NCBI GenBank assembly: GCA_016235455.1
Contig: JACRKZ010000029.1
Span: 1 to 64,000 of the forward strand
Source: Armatimonadota bacterium
GTDB lineage: Bacteria; Armatimonadota; UBA10988
Length of the DNA stretch: 64,000 bases
Reading direction: 5' to 3'
Made by a program: the position numbers and the translations under genes. Below are positions 10,078 through 23,379 of this stretch, in pieces. The first letter of the stretch is position 1. Each line of letters starts with the position of its first letter. The notes under the pieces are model-generated. The model ran no database searches and was not told the origin of the DNA. It saw nothing but the letters and a program-made list of their open reading frames with translations.

Positions 10078-10392
10078 ATGAAGCGCTACGCGTTCAAGAT
10101 GAAGCTCAAGCCCGGCAATGAAGCAGAGTACAAGAAGCGGCACGACGAGATCTGGCCGGAGCTGGCCGAGGCCATCAGTGCGGCGGGCATCGCCGACTAC
10201 TCCATCTTCCTGGACGAAGAGACGCTGATCCTGTTCGCGGTGCAGCTCCAGGCCGAGGGCAACACGGCTGACGAACTGCCCTCACATCCGCTGGTGCGGC
10301 GCTGGTGGGACTACATGGAGCCGCTCATGGACTGCAATCCGGACAACTCGCCGGTGCAGGTGCCGCTGGTCGAGGTCTTCCATCTCGACTAA
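10078..10392 (+). CDS. rhaM: L-rhamnose mutarotase
   Basis: EYKKRHDEIWPEL, YSIFLD, WWDYM and EVFHLD signature. Confidence 0.93.
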   Translation: MKRYAFKMKLKPGNEAEYKKRHDEIWPELAEAISAAGIADYSIFLDEETLILFAVQLQAEGNTADELPSHPLVRRWWDYMEPLMDCNPDNSPVQVPLVEVFHLD

Positions 10393-10428
10393 AGAGTCGC
10401 CGGCGGCGGCGGACTGACCGGGGCCGAC

Positions 10429-11832
10429 GTGGTTTTCTCGTCCTACCTGTTCCTCTTTGGGTTCCTGCCGCCGGCGCTGGCCGCCTACTACCTGTGCCCG
10501 CCGCGCCACCGCACGCTGGCCATGACGCTGCTCAGCTACCTGTTCTACGGCTGGGCCAGCCCCTGGTTCGTCCTGCTACTAGCCGGCACGACCGTATTCG
10601 ACTACGTGGCCGGCCTGGTGGTCAGCGGGCGGTTCGCCTGGGCCGCCGGCGACCAGCAACGCCGGCTGGGCGTCGTGGCCTCGGTCACGGTCAACCTGGC
10701 CATGCTCGGCGCCTTCAAGTACCTGGGGTTCGCCCAGGAGAACCTGAACTGGCTGCTGGATGCGCTGGGCCGGCCGACGCTGGATGTGATACGCGTCGCG
10801 CTGCCGGTGGGCATCTCGTTCTACACGTTCCAGTCGATGAGCTACTGCATCGATATCTACCGCCGCCGGGCTCAGCCGTGTGAGTCGCTGGCCGACTTCG
10901 CCTGCTACGTCTCGCTGCTGCCCCACCTGGTAGCCGGGCCCATCGTGCGCTACCACCAGATCGCCGACCAACTGCACCAGCGCGAGTACACCTGGGCGCG
11001 CTTCAACCACGGCGCCGCGTTCTTCGCGTTCGGCCTGGCGAAGAAGGTGTTGCTGGCCAATCCGATGGGCGAGATGGCGGACGCCGCCTGGGCCGCGGGC
11101 GGCCTGTCGGCCGCCCAGGCCTGGCTGGGCGCCGTGGCCTATGCCTTCCAGATCTACTTCGACTTCTCGGGCTACAGCGACATGGCCGTGGGCCTGGGCC
11201 GCATGATGGGCTTCGAGTTGCCACGCAACTTCGAGCGGCCGTATCTGGCCGACAGCATCACCGACTTCTGGCGCCGCTGGCACATCTCGCTCTCCACCTG
11301 GCTGCGCGACTACCTGTACTTCCCACTCGGCGGCAACCGTCGCGGTGCGCTGCGCACCTATGCCAATCTGGTCATTGTCATGCTGCTGGGCGGCCTGTGG
11401 CATGGCGCGCAGTGGACCTTCGTGGCCTGGGGTGCGCTGCATGGCGCCGCGCTCATCGCCGAGCGCTTGATGGGCCGCCAGCCGCTGTACCAGCGCGCGC
11501 CGCGCTGGATCCGCGTCAGCCTGACCTTCCTGTTGGCGCTGCTGGCCTGGGTGCTGTTCCGCAGCCCGACCATTGGCGCCGCAGGCGCGTATCTGATGGC
11601 CATGGCCGGCTGGGGCCAGGGTCGGCCGCTGGTCGATGCCGTGCTGCGTTCGCCCGACCATCTGCTCGCTCTGGCCGCTTGCCTGTGGGTCACCTGGCGC
11701 TGCGCCGACACCTGGGAGGCGCTGGCCCATCTCACCCCGCGACGCGCGTGGCAGGCCGGCCTGCTGTTCGTCGCCGCGGTGCTGGTGCTGTTCACGCAGG
11801 ATTACAGCCCGTTCCTGTATTTCCAGTTCTAG
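10429..11832 (+). CDS. MBOAT family O-acyltransferase (AlgI/PatA-like)
   Basis: LPVGISFYTFQSMSY, AGPIVR, FQIYFDFSGYSDMAVG, FWRRWHISLSTWLRDYLY and LWHGA motifs; ends PFLYFQF. Confidence 0.95.
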   Translation: MVFSSYLFLFGFLPPALAAYYLCPPRHRTLAMTLLSYLFYGWASPWFVLLLAGTTVFDYVAGLVVSGRFAWAAGDQQRRLGVVASVTVNLAMLGAFKYLGFAQENLNWLLDALGRPTLDVIRVALPVGISFYTFQSMSYCIDIYRRRAQPCESLADFACYVSLLPHLVAGPIVRYHQIADQLHQREYTWARFNHGAAFFAFGLAKKVLLANPMGEMADAAWAAGGLSAAQAWLGAVAYAFQIYFDFSGYSDMAVGLGRMMGFELPRNFERPYLADSITDFWRRWHISLSTWLRDYLYFPLGGNRRGALRTYANLVIVMLLGGLWHGAQWTFVAWGALHGAALIAERLMGRQPLYQRAPRWIRVSLTFLLALLAWVLFRSPTIGAAGAYLMAMAGWGQGRPLVDAVLRSPDHLLALAACLWVTWRCADTWEALAHLTPRRAWQAGLLFVAAVLVLFTQDYSPFLYFQF

Positions 11833-11840
11833 GAGCCGCC

Positions 11841-12923
11841 ATGGGCGCCGACAACCAGTACAGCTACCGCACCGAGCCCGGCACGCGCTGGGTCGGCGGC
11901 CTGCTGCTGGCGGTCTGCGCGCTGGTCGGCCTGGCCGATGCGGCGCTGCGTTCGTGGCCGGCGGCGCCGGCCTTCACCGGCGCCGGGTTGCGCGGGTACG
12001 AGCGCGCCTTGGAGATCGGTTCGCCGTGCGGCAAGGCGCTTCGCCCGCCGGTGCAGACGCTGCTGTCACAGTCGCTCGGCCGCGGCAACTCCCAGACCGT
12101 GGTTGGCGCTGGCGGCTGGCTCTACTACACGACCGGCCTGCGGCACGTGGTCGGACCCGATGTGCCGCTCGACACGCGGCCCGGCGGGCCGCTGGCGGCG
12201 TTCGCCAGCCTGCGCGCCGCGCTGGCCGAGCGCGACATCCACCTGCTTGTCCTGTCCGTACCCGACAAGGCCACGCTCTGCCCCGAGCCGCTGACCGGCC
12301 GCGCCGCCGACGTGCCACAGCGCAACCCCGCGGTGCCGCGGCTGTGGTCGATGGCAGCGGACCTCGGCGTGGAGGCGCTGGACCCCACGGACCTGCTGTG
12401 GGCAGAGCGGGCCGGCGGCGTCTACCTGCGCACTGACACCCACTGGAACCCGCGCGGCATGGCGCTGACCGCGCAGGCCGTGGCCGACCGGCTCAACCAC
12501 CTTGGCTGGCTGGAGGCCGCACCGCGCACCGCATACCACGCCGCCCCGGAGGTGCGAGTGCCATGGCACGGCGACCTGATCCGCATGCTCGGCCTGCGCG
12601 ACGGCGCAGCCTGGCCAGCGCCCGAGAGCGTGACGCTGACCCCCGTGCAGGACGACCAGGGCCGCCCCTGGCGCCCGGGCGTGGCGCCGCCCCTGGTGGT
12701 GGCTGGCGATAGCTACAGCGACGCCTTCGCCGCGCAGCAGGCGGGATTCGTGCCGCATCTCGCGCTTCGGCTCGGGGTGCAGGCGCGGTGGGTGGACAGA
12801 GCTGAACGGCTGCTTACGGACGACGGCGCTCTGCGTGGTGCGCGCGTTGTGCTGTGGCAGATCGCCGAGCGTCGACTGACCGAGAACCAGCGCTGGTGGC
12901 CGTACTTCCCAGCGCACCGATGA
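11841..12923 (+). CDS. AlgJ/AlgX-like SGNH O-acetyltransferase
   Basis: AGGAG RBS and ATG 11841; N-terminal TM; GWLYY, VPDK, YLRTDTHWNPRG (DxH) and AGDSYS; directly after the MBOAT gene. Confidence 0.85.
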   Translation: MGADNQYSYRTEPGTRWVGGLLLAVCALVGLADAALRSWPAAPAFTGAGLRGYERALEIGSPCGKALRPPVQTLLSQSLGRGNSQTVVGAGGWLYYTTGLRHVVGPDVPLDTRPGGPLAAFASLRAALAERDIHLLVLSVPDKATLCPEPLTGRAADVPQRNPAVPRLWSMAADLGVEALDPTDLLWAERAGGVYLRTDTHWNPRGMALTAQAVADRLNHLGWLEAAPRTAYHAAPEVRVPWHGDLIRMLGLRDGAAWPAPESVTLTPVQDDQGRPWRPGVAPPLVVAGDSYSDAFAAQQAGFVPHLALRLGVQARWVDRAERLLTDDGALRGARVVLWQIAERRLTENQRWWPYFPAHR

Positions 12924-12942
12924 CCTGATGAGGAGAGACTGC

Positions 12943-14499
12943 ATGCCACTGAAGATCGCCATGATCGGCGCCGGATCCATCGGCTTCACCCGCCGCCTGA
13001 TGGCCGACCTGCTGGCCGTGCCGGAGTTCGCCGATACCGAGTTCGCCTTCACCGATATCTCGGCGCAGAACCTGGACATGGTCGCCCAGCTCGCACGGCG
13101 CGACATCGAGGCCAACGGCCTGCCCGCTACCGTCACCGCGACCACCGACCGTCGCGCCGCGCTGACCGATGCCGACTACGTCATCTGCATGGTCCGGGTC
13201 GGCGGCATCGAGGGCTTCGCCCTCGACATCGACATCCCGCTACGCTACGGCATCGACCAGTGCGTCGGCGATACGCTGTGCGCCGGCGGCATCATGTATG
13301 GCCAGCGCACCATGGCGGCTCTGTTGGACTTCTGCCGCGATATACGCGAGGTCGCCAAGCCCGGCGCCTTGTTCCTCAACTACGCCAATCCCATGGCCAT
13401 GAACACCTGGGCCTGCAACCAGTTTGGCGGCGTGCGCACCATCGGCCTGTGCCACGGCGTGCAGGGCGCCCACTGGCAGATCACCGGCCTGGTCGAGGGT
13501 TGGGCCAAGCGCGAAGGCCTGCTGGCCGAGGATGCCAAGCTGCATCGGCGCGATGTCGACGTCATCGCCGCGGGGCTCAACCACCAGACCTGGTTCATAC
13601 AGGTCAAGTGGCAAGGCCGCGACATGACCCACCTGTTGCCCGAGCTGTTCGCCCAGCATGCCGAGTACGCCCGCACCGAGAAGGTGCGCATCGATGTGCT
13701 CAAGCGGTTTGGCTACTACAGCACCGAGAGCAACGGCCACCTCTCGGAGTATCTCCCCTGGTACCGCAAGCGTGTCGACGAGATCGGCCAGTGGATCGAC
13801 CTGTCGAGCTGGATCAACGGTGAGACCGGCGGCTATCTGCGCGTGACCACCGAGGGCCGCAACTGGTTCGAGACCGACTTCCCCAACTGGATGAAGGCCG
13901 AACCGCCCAAGCTTGGGCCGCACAACCGCTCCGAGGAGCATGGCTCGTACATCATCGAGGCACTGGAGACCGGGCGCACCTACCGCGGGCACTTCAACGT
14001 GGTCAACGACGGCCATATCACCAACCTGCCCGATGGCTGCGTCATCGAGATCCCCGGCTACGTTGACCGCAACGGTCTGAACATGACACACATCGGCGAG
14101 TTGCCCCTGGGTTGCGCGGCCATGCTGTCGAGCACGGTGTGGGTGCAGCGCCTGGCGGTCGAGGCGGCGGTCAAGGGCGACCTGACGCTGCTCCGGCAGG
14201 CCATGCTCATGGACCCGCTGACCGGCGCGGTGTGCAACCCGGAGGAGGTCTGGCAGTTGGTCGACGAGATGCTTGTGGCCCAGGCCCAGTGGCTGCCGCA
14301 GTACGCCGCCGAGGTCCCTGCCGCCGCCGCGCGGCTGGCGGCCCATGAAGCCGCCGGCACACGCGTCAAGCTGCGCGACACGCGTGGCGCGGCGCGTCTG
14401 GAGACCAAGTCGGTGGCGACCATGCAGGCCGATGCCGACGCGGCGCGGGCCAATGCCCAAGCGGCCGACAAAGGGAACATGACCAAGACCGGCGAATAG
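12943..14499 (+). CDS. melA: GH4 alpha-galactosidase
   Basis: KIAMIGAGSIGF Rossmann motif, QCVGDT, NYANPMA, GLCHG, GLNHQTW, TESNGHLSEY and SEEH. Confidence 0.9.
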   Translation: MPLKIAMIGAGSIGFTRRLMADLLAVPEFADTEFAFTDISAQNLDMVAQLARRDIEANGLPATVTATTDRRAALTDADYVICMVRVGGIEGFALDIDIPLRYGIDQCVGDTLCAGGIMYGQRTMAALLDFCRDIREVAKPGALFLNYANPMAMNTWACNQFGGVRTIGLCHGVQGAHWQITGLVEGWAKREGLLAEDAKLHRRDVDVIAAGLNHQTWFIQVKWQGRDMTHLLPELFAQHAEYARTEKVRIDVLKRFGYYSTESNGHLSEYLPWYRKRVDEIGQWIDLSSWINGETGGYLRVTTEGRNWFETDFPNWMKAEPPKLGPHNRSEEHGSYIIEALETGRTYRGHFNVVNDGHITNLPDGCVIEIPGYVDRNGLNMTHIGELPLGCAAMLSSTVWVQRLAVEAAVKGDLTLLRQAMLMDPLTGAVCNPEEVWQLVDEMLVAQAQWLPQYAAEVPAAAARLAAHEAAGTRVKLRDTRGAARLETKSVATMQADADAARANAQAADKGNMTKTGE

Positions 14500-14535
14500 C
14501 CGAGCACCTGGTTCGGCGCGCTACGCGCACGGCTG

Positions 14536-14601
14536 GGAGTGCCGCCTTCAGGCGGAACGCGCTGGCGATCAGCCCGCATTCCGCCCAGAGGCGGTACTCA
14601 C
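14536..14601. repeat. REP-like inverted pair (CCGCCTTCAGGCGG family)
   Basis: GGAGTGCCGCCTTCAGGCGG (14536-14555) and inverted degenerate CCGCCCAGAGGCGGTACTCAC (14581-14601); related copies at 30742-30810. Confidence 0.6.
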
Positions 14602-14645
14602 AGGGTTCGTCCCGCGCTCGCTGCTGAACCAACGAGGAGCGCTCC

Positions 14646-17600
14646 ATGCGGTCTGCGTCGTTGGTACTGCTCTTGGCGAGCGCCGTCGTGGCTCAGCCCC
14701 TGCGCGACGTCACGCCCGCCGACGTCGCTCCCGGCCCGCGCGATCACACCCGTCTGTGGTGGGCGAACGGCCTGCGCGGAGAGCGGGTTCGCTGGGTTGA
14801 GACCGGCTGGTACGGCTTCGCACTCAACACGGACACGTTGGCCGTGCCGCACTTCGGGCAGCTCAACGCCGCGGGCGACTACGGGGGATCCACGGGCGAA
14901 CCCAACCCGGGCCTGGCAGCCCTTCCTGCCGGACGGCTCGAGTTGACCATCGTCTCGAACAATCGCCTGTACCGCGCCGTGGCCGGCGGGGCGCCGAGCC
15001 AACATGCCGGCCCGCGCATGGTCGAGACCGGTCGGTTCCTGGCGCGCGCGGACCTCACCGACCTGGTCTTCCGCGACGAGGCCGGCGCCAAGCTGCCCGT
15101 CGAGGCACGGCTGGAGACCATCGCCTGGCCCGACCGATTGGCCGTGGGCTTCGAAGCTAGGCCTGCGCCGGCCACGATTGCCGCCGGCTCCGGGTTCGGG
15201 CGCGTGGCGGGCGGCTGGGGCTTCGACGGCACCAACAGCGTCGAACTGCCGGCGGCCAGCGAGGCGGACCAGCTCAGCTGGGAATGCTGGGTCTACGTGC
15301 CGCCGGGCCCGCAGCCGACCAAGGCCTATCCGTGGCTGCTCTGCGCCGCGGGGCACGAGTGGGCCGATGGGCATTTCGGCATCTCACTCCAAAACGCCCA
15401 GCCCCGCGCCTACCTCAACCTCGGCGGCGGTCGCGACAACTGTCACCAGGTCGGACCCGAAGGCCACGGCTCGGCGCTGTCGGTGGACGCCTGGCACCAT
15501 CTGGCCGCCACCTACGACGGTCGCGACCTGCGCTTGTACGTCGATGGCAAGCCGCGCGGAGCGCTGTCGGTCAACAAGCCGCGCCCCGTGGCCAACGTGC
15601 CGCTGATGCTCGGCATGAGGGGCGACCGATCCGGCGACGGCTATCACTTCGCCGGTGCGCTGGACGAGGTGCGCGTCTGGCGGCGCGCGCTGTCCGCCGA
15701 GGAGGTCGCCGCCCACGCGGCCGCACCGGACAAGGTGGCCGAAGACGCCACGATCTCCCGCTCGTCGTGCTTCGATGCCAACGGTAACGCCGCCGCCAAG
15801 CGGCCGGACGAAGCGGCCGTGATCAGCACCATGCGCCTGCGCCTGGCCACGGCCGCGCAGACCTTCGAGACCATCAATCCGCCAGACGCGGATCGGGTCT
15901 ACCTCAGGCTGCGCGTCACGCCCACTGGATTCGTCCAGGACAACGCACCCGCGCCGACCGTCAAGGCGCCCGGCGACGCCGAACAGGATGGCTGGCGCGG
16001 CTGGCAGGTGGTGGATCTGAACCGGGCCGAGCGCACGGGCGCCGACAACGACGTGCTCGACACGCTGCCGTTCAGCGTCGAGAACCCGACCAACGAGCCG
16101 GCTGTCGCGCGGCTCCTGCTGCGGCGCGACCAAGGCCCGACGAGCATCACCGGCGTGTCGCCCATGCTGCTCGACGTCGCCGGCCAGCCCACCGGACTGC
16201 CGGTGCAGCTCAGCAAGAACTGGCACACCGCCGACGGCCGGCAATTGCTGTACCAGGGCATGTGGCTGCACGCGGCAACCATGCTGCGGCTGCCGCCGCG
16301 CTCGCGTATCTCGCTCAAGGCGGCCGTCGCCTACGCCCACTACGGCGGCGTCGCCGCCGCTTCGCACGCGCAGCTCTGTCTCATCGGCTGGGGCAGCAAC
16401 CAGCAATGGGATCAGGCGGCGCTCGGCTCGTGGGGAGAGAGCATCTGCTTTGAGCCCGACCAGGCCCAGGCGCAGTGCCTGGTGACCGACGTGCGGCCGC
16501 TGATGGTCTATGCCATGCACGATGGCAAGACGAAGTGGTCTTGGACCGGCAATCTTGGCGGCGGCGATGTGCTGCGATTGTTCGACAGCGCGGGACAGCG
16601 CGTCCCGCCGCGAGCCATGCGCACCACCTACCAACGCCAGGGCCCGTGCCTGACCGAGGTGACTTACGCCGGCCGTACGGGCGGCATGGCCCACCAGACG
16701 ACGGCGCAACTGTGGCGCGGGGACGACATCACGCGCTGCCTGTACCACATCACGCTGCGCGCCGAGGAGCGCATCCCCTTCAGCCGGCTGGTGCTGTTCC
16801 AGATCGGCGCGGACACCTACAGCTACACCAGCGAGCGCCGCATGGCCTGCGGCAACGCTGCCGGCCTGACGCGCGAGTGGGCCACGCAGTGGGGCGGCAA
16901 TGTCGACCAGACCGCGCCGCTGGAACTGCTTGGCGCGAGCCCGTGGGTGTCCTTGCACGAGGCTGTGCCGCGCGAGAAGTGCGGCCGCGAGGGCTGGGGC
17001 AACCGCGGCATCGTGGTGCGCTCATGGGACGCGGTACTAGGCGGCAAGCCGGCACGGCCGTGGCTGGTCGAGCGCGGTCAGGGCCAGGGCAACTCGTCCA
17101 GCGCCGACCTGCTGCCGCCGCCCGACGTGAAGGAACTGCTGCCCGGCGACCGGCTCGATGCCGTCATCGAGCACGTGATCATCCCGCAGAGCGCCACCGG
17201 CTACTACGGGCCCAACGCGGCGCTGCGTGCCGCGCTGGCCAAGGATGCGGACACCTGGCGCATGGTGCAGCGCGAGGCCGTCGACAACGCGACCGAGCCG
17301 ACCGTCGCCGTCGGCCGGCTCCTGCGCCGGCGACCGCTGCTGGTGCGTGCCGACGGCGGCCGCGCCGAGTTCGGGCTGCGCGGCGGCCTGGGCTACGTGC
17401 CGGTCACGCTCACCGGCCTGGCCCGTGCCGGCGGCGTGCTGGAGGAGCTGGTGGACGGCGCCTGGCGGCCGGTCACGCAGCCGTGGCAGGTCGATCAGGA
17501 CGCGTCGGACCGCAGCTGGCAACTCACCACCACTCTACCCGCCGACGACCGTGCCGACCGGCGCTACCGGTTCACCATCTCACCGAGGACGACGCCATGA
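14646..17600 (+). CDS. large secreted LamG/concanavalin-A-like domain protein
   Basis: GAGGAG RBS; signal peptide; LamG motif WHHLAATYDGRDLRLYVDG...FAGALDEVRVW within a long uncharacterised sequence. Confidence 0.8.
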   Translation: MRSASLVLLLASAVVAQPLRDVTPADVAPGPRDHTRLWWANGLRGERVRWVETGWYGFALNTDTLAVPHFGQLNAAGDYGGSTGEPNPGLAALPAGRLELTIVSNNRLYRAVAGGAPSQHAGPRMVETGRFLARADLTDLVFRDEAGAKLPVEARLETIAWPDRLAVGFEARPAPATIAAGSGFGRVAGGWGFDGTNSVELPAASEADQLSWECWVYVPPGPQPTKAYPWLLCAAGHEWADGHFGISLQNAQPRAYLNLGGGRDNCHQVGPEGHGSALSVDAWHHLAATYDGRDLRLYVDGKPRGALSVNKPRPVANVPLMLGMRGDRSGDGYHFAGALDEVRVWRRALSAEEVAAHAAAPDKVAEDATISRSSCFDANGNAAAKRPDEAAVISTMRLRLATAAQTFETINPPDADRVYLRLRVTPTGFVQDNAPAPTVKAPGDAEQDGWRGWQVVDLNRAERTGADNDVLDTLPFSVENPTNEPAVARLLLRRDQGPTSITGVSPMLLDVAGQPTGLPVQLSKNWHTADGRQLLYQGMWLHAATMLRLPPRSRISLKAAVAYAHYGGVAAASHAQLCLIGWGSNQQWDQAALGSWGESICFEPDQAQAQCLVTDVRPLMVYAMHDGKTKWSWTGNLGGGDVLRLFDSAGQRVPPRAMRTTYQRQGPCLTEVTYAGRTGGMAHQTTAQLWRGDDITRCLYHITLRAEERIPFSRLVLFQIGADTYSYTSERRMACGNAAGLTREWATQWGGNVDQTAPLELLGASPWVSLHEAVPREKCGREGWGNRGIVVRSWDAVLGGKPARPWLVERGQGQGNSSSADLLPPPDVKELLPGDRLDAVIEHVIIPQSATGYYGPNAALRAALAKDADTWRMVQREAVDNATEPTVAVGRLLRRRPLLVRADGGRAEFGLRGGLGYVPVTLTGLARAGGVLEELVDGAWRPVTQPWQVDQDASDRSWQLTTTLPADDRADRRYRFTISPRTTP

Positions 17601-19561
17601 TGCCCACGCTCTGCTGTCTGCTCGCCGCCAGCCTCCAGGCTACCGGTGCCTGGCCGCGCATCGAGACGTCGTTCGAGCTGCGCGACCTGCCCGGCAACCC
17701 GTTTGTCGTCGCGGACAACGACATCCACGTCTCGTTCGCCGCGCCGGACGGTAAGGTCACCACGGTGCCGGCCTTCTTCGACGGCGGCACCACGTGGCGC
17801 GCGCGACTGACTCCCGGCGCGGTGGGCCGCTGGACCGTGGCCAGCCTCAGCCGCAACGGCCAACCACTGACGGTCACGCCGCAGCCCAGGACGTTCGACG
17901 TGACCGGCGAGCCGAAGCCAGGCATCGTGCGGCTGGTGGACGGCCGGTTCCAGCGCGATGGCGGCGAGCCCTATCTGCCGCTGGGCTGCAACATCGGCTG
18001 GGGCGACCGCAACGGCGACGTGCCCTGGTACATGGCCAAGTTCGCCGCCGCCGGCTGCAACTGGTCGCGCGTGTGGATGTGCCATTGGGACGGCAAGAAC
18101 CTGGAGTGGACCGGCCGCAAGCTGCCGCCGGGCGAGCTCGACCTGGACGTGGCGCACCGTTGGGACGGCATCGTGGACACCGCCGAGCGGCTTGGCATTG
18201 CCTTCCAGATGGTGCTCCAGCACCACGGGCAGTACAGCACCACGGTCAACCCCAACTGGCCCGACCACCCCTGGAACAAGGCACGCGGCGGTTGGCTGGA
18301 CAAGCCCGAGCAGTTCTTCACCGACCCGCAGGCCCTCGCGCTGACCCGCGACAAGTACCGCTACATCGTCGCCCGCTGGGGCTACTCACCGGCCATCCTG
18401 GCTTGGGAGCTGTTCAACGAGGTGCAGTATGTCGACGCGGTCCGCCATGGCGCCACCGCCAGCGTGGCGCAATGGCACCGCGACATGGCCGCCTGGCTGC
18501 GCGCGCAGGATGCCCAGCGCCACCTGGTGGTGACCAGTTCGGATCTCAGCCTGCCCATCTACGAAACGGTGGACTATCTGCAGCCCCACACCTACGTGGC
18601 CGACGCGGTCGGCGCCGTCACGGCGCACGAGGCGCTGGCCAGGGCCGCGAGCAAGCCCATGTTCCTCGGCGAGGTCGGCTCGAACGGCGACCTGATGGCC
18701 GACGACGGCACTTGGCTGCACCGCGCGTTGTGGGCCGGACTGACCGCCGACACGGCCGCGCCACCGCAGTACTGGACCTGGAACAACATCGAGAAGCAGC
18801 ACGCCTACGGGCATTTCGCCGCGGCGACGGCGTTTGTGCGCCAGAGCGGCCTGGCGGCGCGCGCCGGGCTGCACCGGCTGCCCGCGACCGTGGCCACGAC
18901 GGAGGCCGGGCCGCTGCGCTTCGGGCCGGGCGGCGGCTGGAAGTCGGGTGCCACGGCCTTCGACGTCCAGGCCGACGGCACGGTCACCAATCTGGCCCAG
19001 ATGGGCGGCTTCCTGCACGGCAACTACCACCGCACGGAGTTCGCCGAGGCCGTGTTCACCGTCACCTTGCCGCGCGCCGGGTCGTTCGCGGTCTCGCTCA
19101 GCCAGATTGCGCGGGCCGGCGCCAAACTCCGTCTCAGCGTAGACGGTGCCGTGGCCGCGCAGCAGGACTTCCCCGCGGCCGACGCCGACCAGAACGGTGT
19201 CTGGACGCTGACCGCTCCCGTGCCCGCCGGACGCCACACGATCACGCTGCGCAACGACGGCGCAGACTGGGTGGTGCTGCGCGAGTTCGTCATCGACCCG
19301 TGCGTGCCCGCGCTGGCCGTGCGCGCCCGCGGCGGCGGCGACTTCGCCGTGCTGTGGATCGAGAGCCGCCGGCCGGGCCCGGCCGTCACCGGCGACCTGA
19401 CACTCTCAGGCCTCAAGCCGGGCAGCTACCGGCTGCGCTGGTGGGACACACTGGCCGGCGCGGCGACCGGTGAGCAGGCAGTGACGGTGCCGGCCGACGG
19501 CCGGCTGTCGTTCAAGACGCCGCCGGTGGCTGGCGATGTGGCGGGGTGGCTGGCGCCGTAG
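17597..19561 (+). CDS. DUF5060 + GH5-like (clan GH-A) glycoside hydrolase with C-terminal CBM-like domains
   Basis: ATGA overlap with the upstream gene; NPF..D...F.APDG....VPAFFDG; WELFNEV (acid/base) and FLGEVG (nucleophile). Confidence 0.8.
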   Translation: MMPTLCCLLAASLQATGAWPRIETSFELRDLPGNPFVVADNDIHVSFAAPDGKVTTVPAFFDGGTTWRARLTPGAVGRWTVASLSRNGQPLTVTPQPRTFDVTGEPKPGIVRLVDGRFQRDGGEPYLPLGCNIGWGDRNGDVPWYMAKFAAAGCNWSRVWMCHWDGKNLEWTGRKLPPGELDLDVAHRWDGIVDTAERLGIAFQMVLQHHGQYSTTVNPNWPDHPWNKARGGWLDKPEQFFTDPQALALTRDKYRYIVARWGYSPAILAWELFNEVQYVDAVRHGATASVAQWHRDMAAWLRAQDAQRHLVVTSSDLSLPIYETVDYLQPHTYVADAVGAVTAHEALARAASKPMFLGEVGSNGDLMADDGTWLHRALWAGLTADTAAPPQYWTWNNIEKQHAYGHFAAATAFVRQSGLAARAGLHRLPATVATTEAGPLRFGPGGGWKSGATAFDVQADGTVTNLAQMGGFLHGNYHRTEFAEAVFTVTLPRAGSFAVSLSQIARAGAKLRLSVDGAVAAQQDFPAADADQNGVWTLTAPVPAGRHTITLRNDGADWVVLREFVIDPCVPALAVRARGGGDFAVLWIESRRPGPAVTGDLTLSGLKPGSYRLRWWDTLAGAATGEQAVTVPADGRLSFKTPPVAGDVAGWLAP

Positions 19562-19621
19562 ACGAACCGAATCGCGCTGCCCAACGATTGCGTCTAGCCC
19601 GGTTTCGCTATCCCGTGGTAG

Positions 19622-23335
<3,714 letters not shown>

Positions 23336-23343
23336 CCGCACAC

Positions 23344-23379
23344 GCAGTAGGGGCGACCGACGGTGGTCGCCCCTACTGC
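23344..23379. terminator. GTAG-type palindrome / bidirectional terminator between convergent genes
   Basis: GCAGTAGGGGCGACC-gacggt-GGTCGCCCCTACTGC, a perfect 15-bp stem that includes the TAG stop of the minus-strand gene. Confidence 0.7.

Noticed and set aside
16475-17596. 5' extension making a 1028-aa ORF
   Set aside because: It overlaps the LamG gene in another frame; the real start is ATG 17597 (RBS, signal peptide, ATGA coupling).
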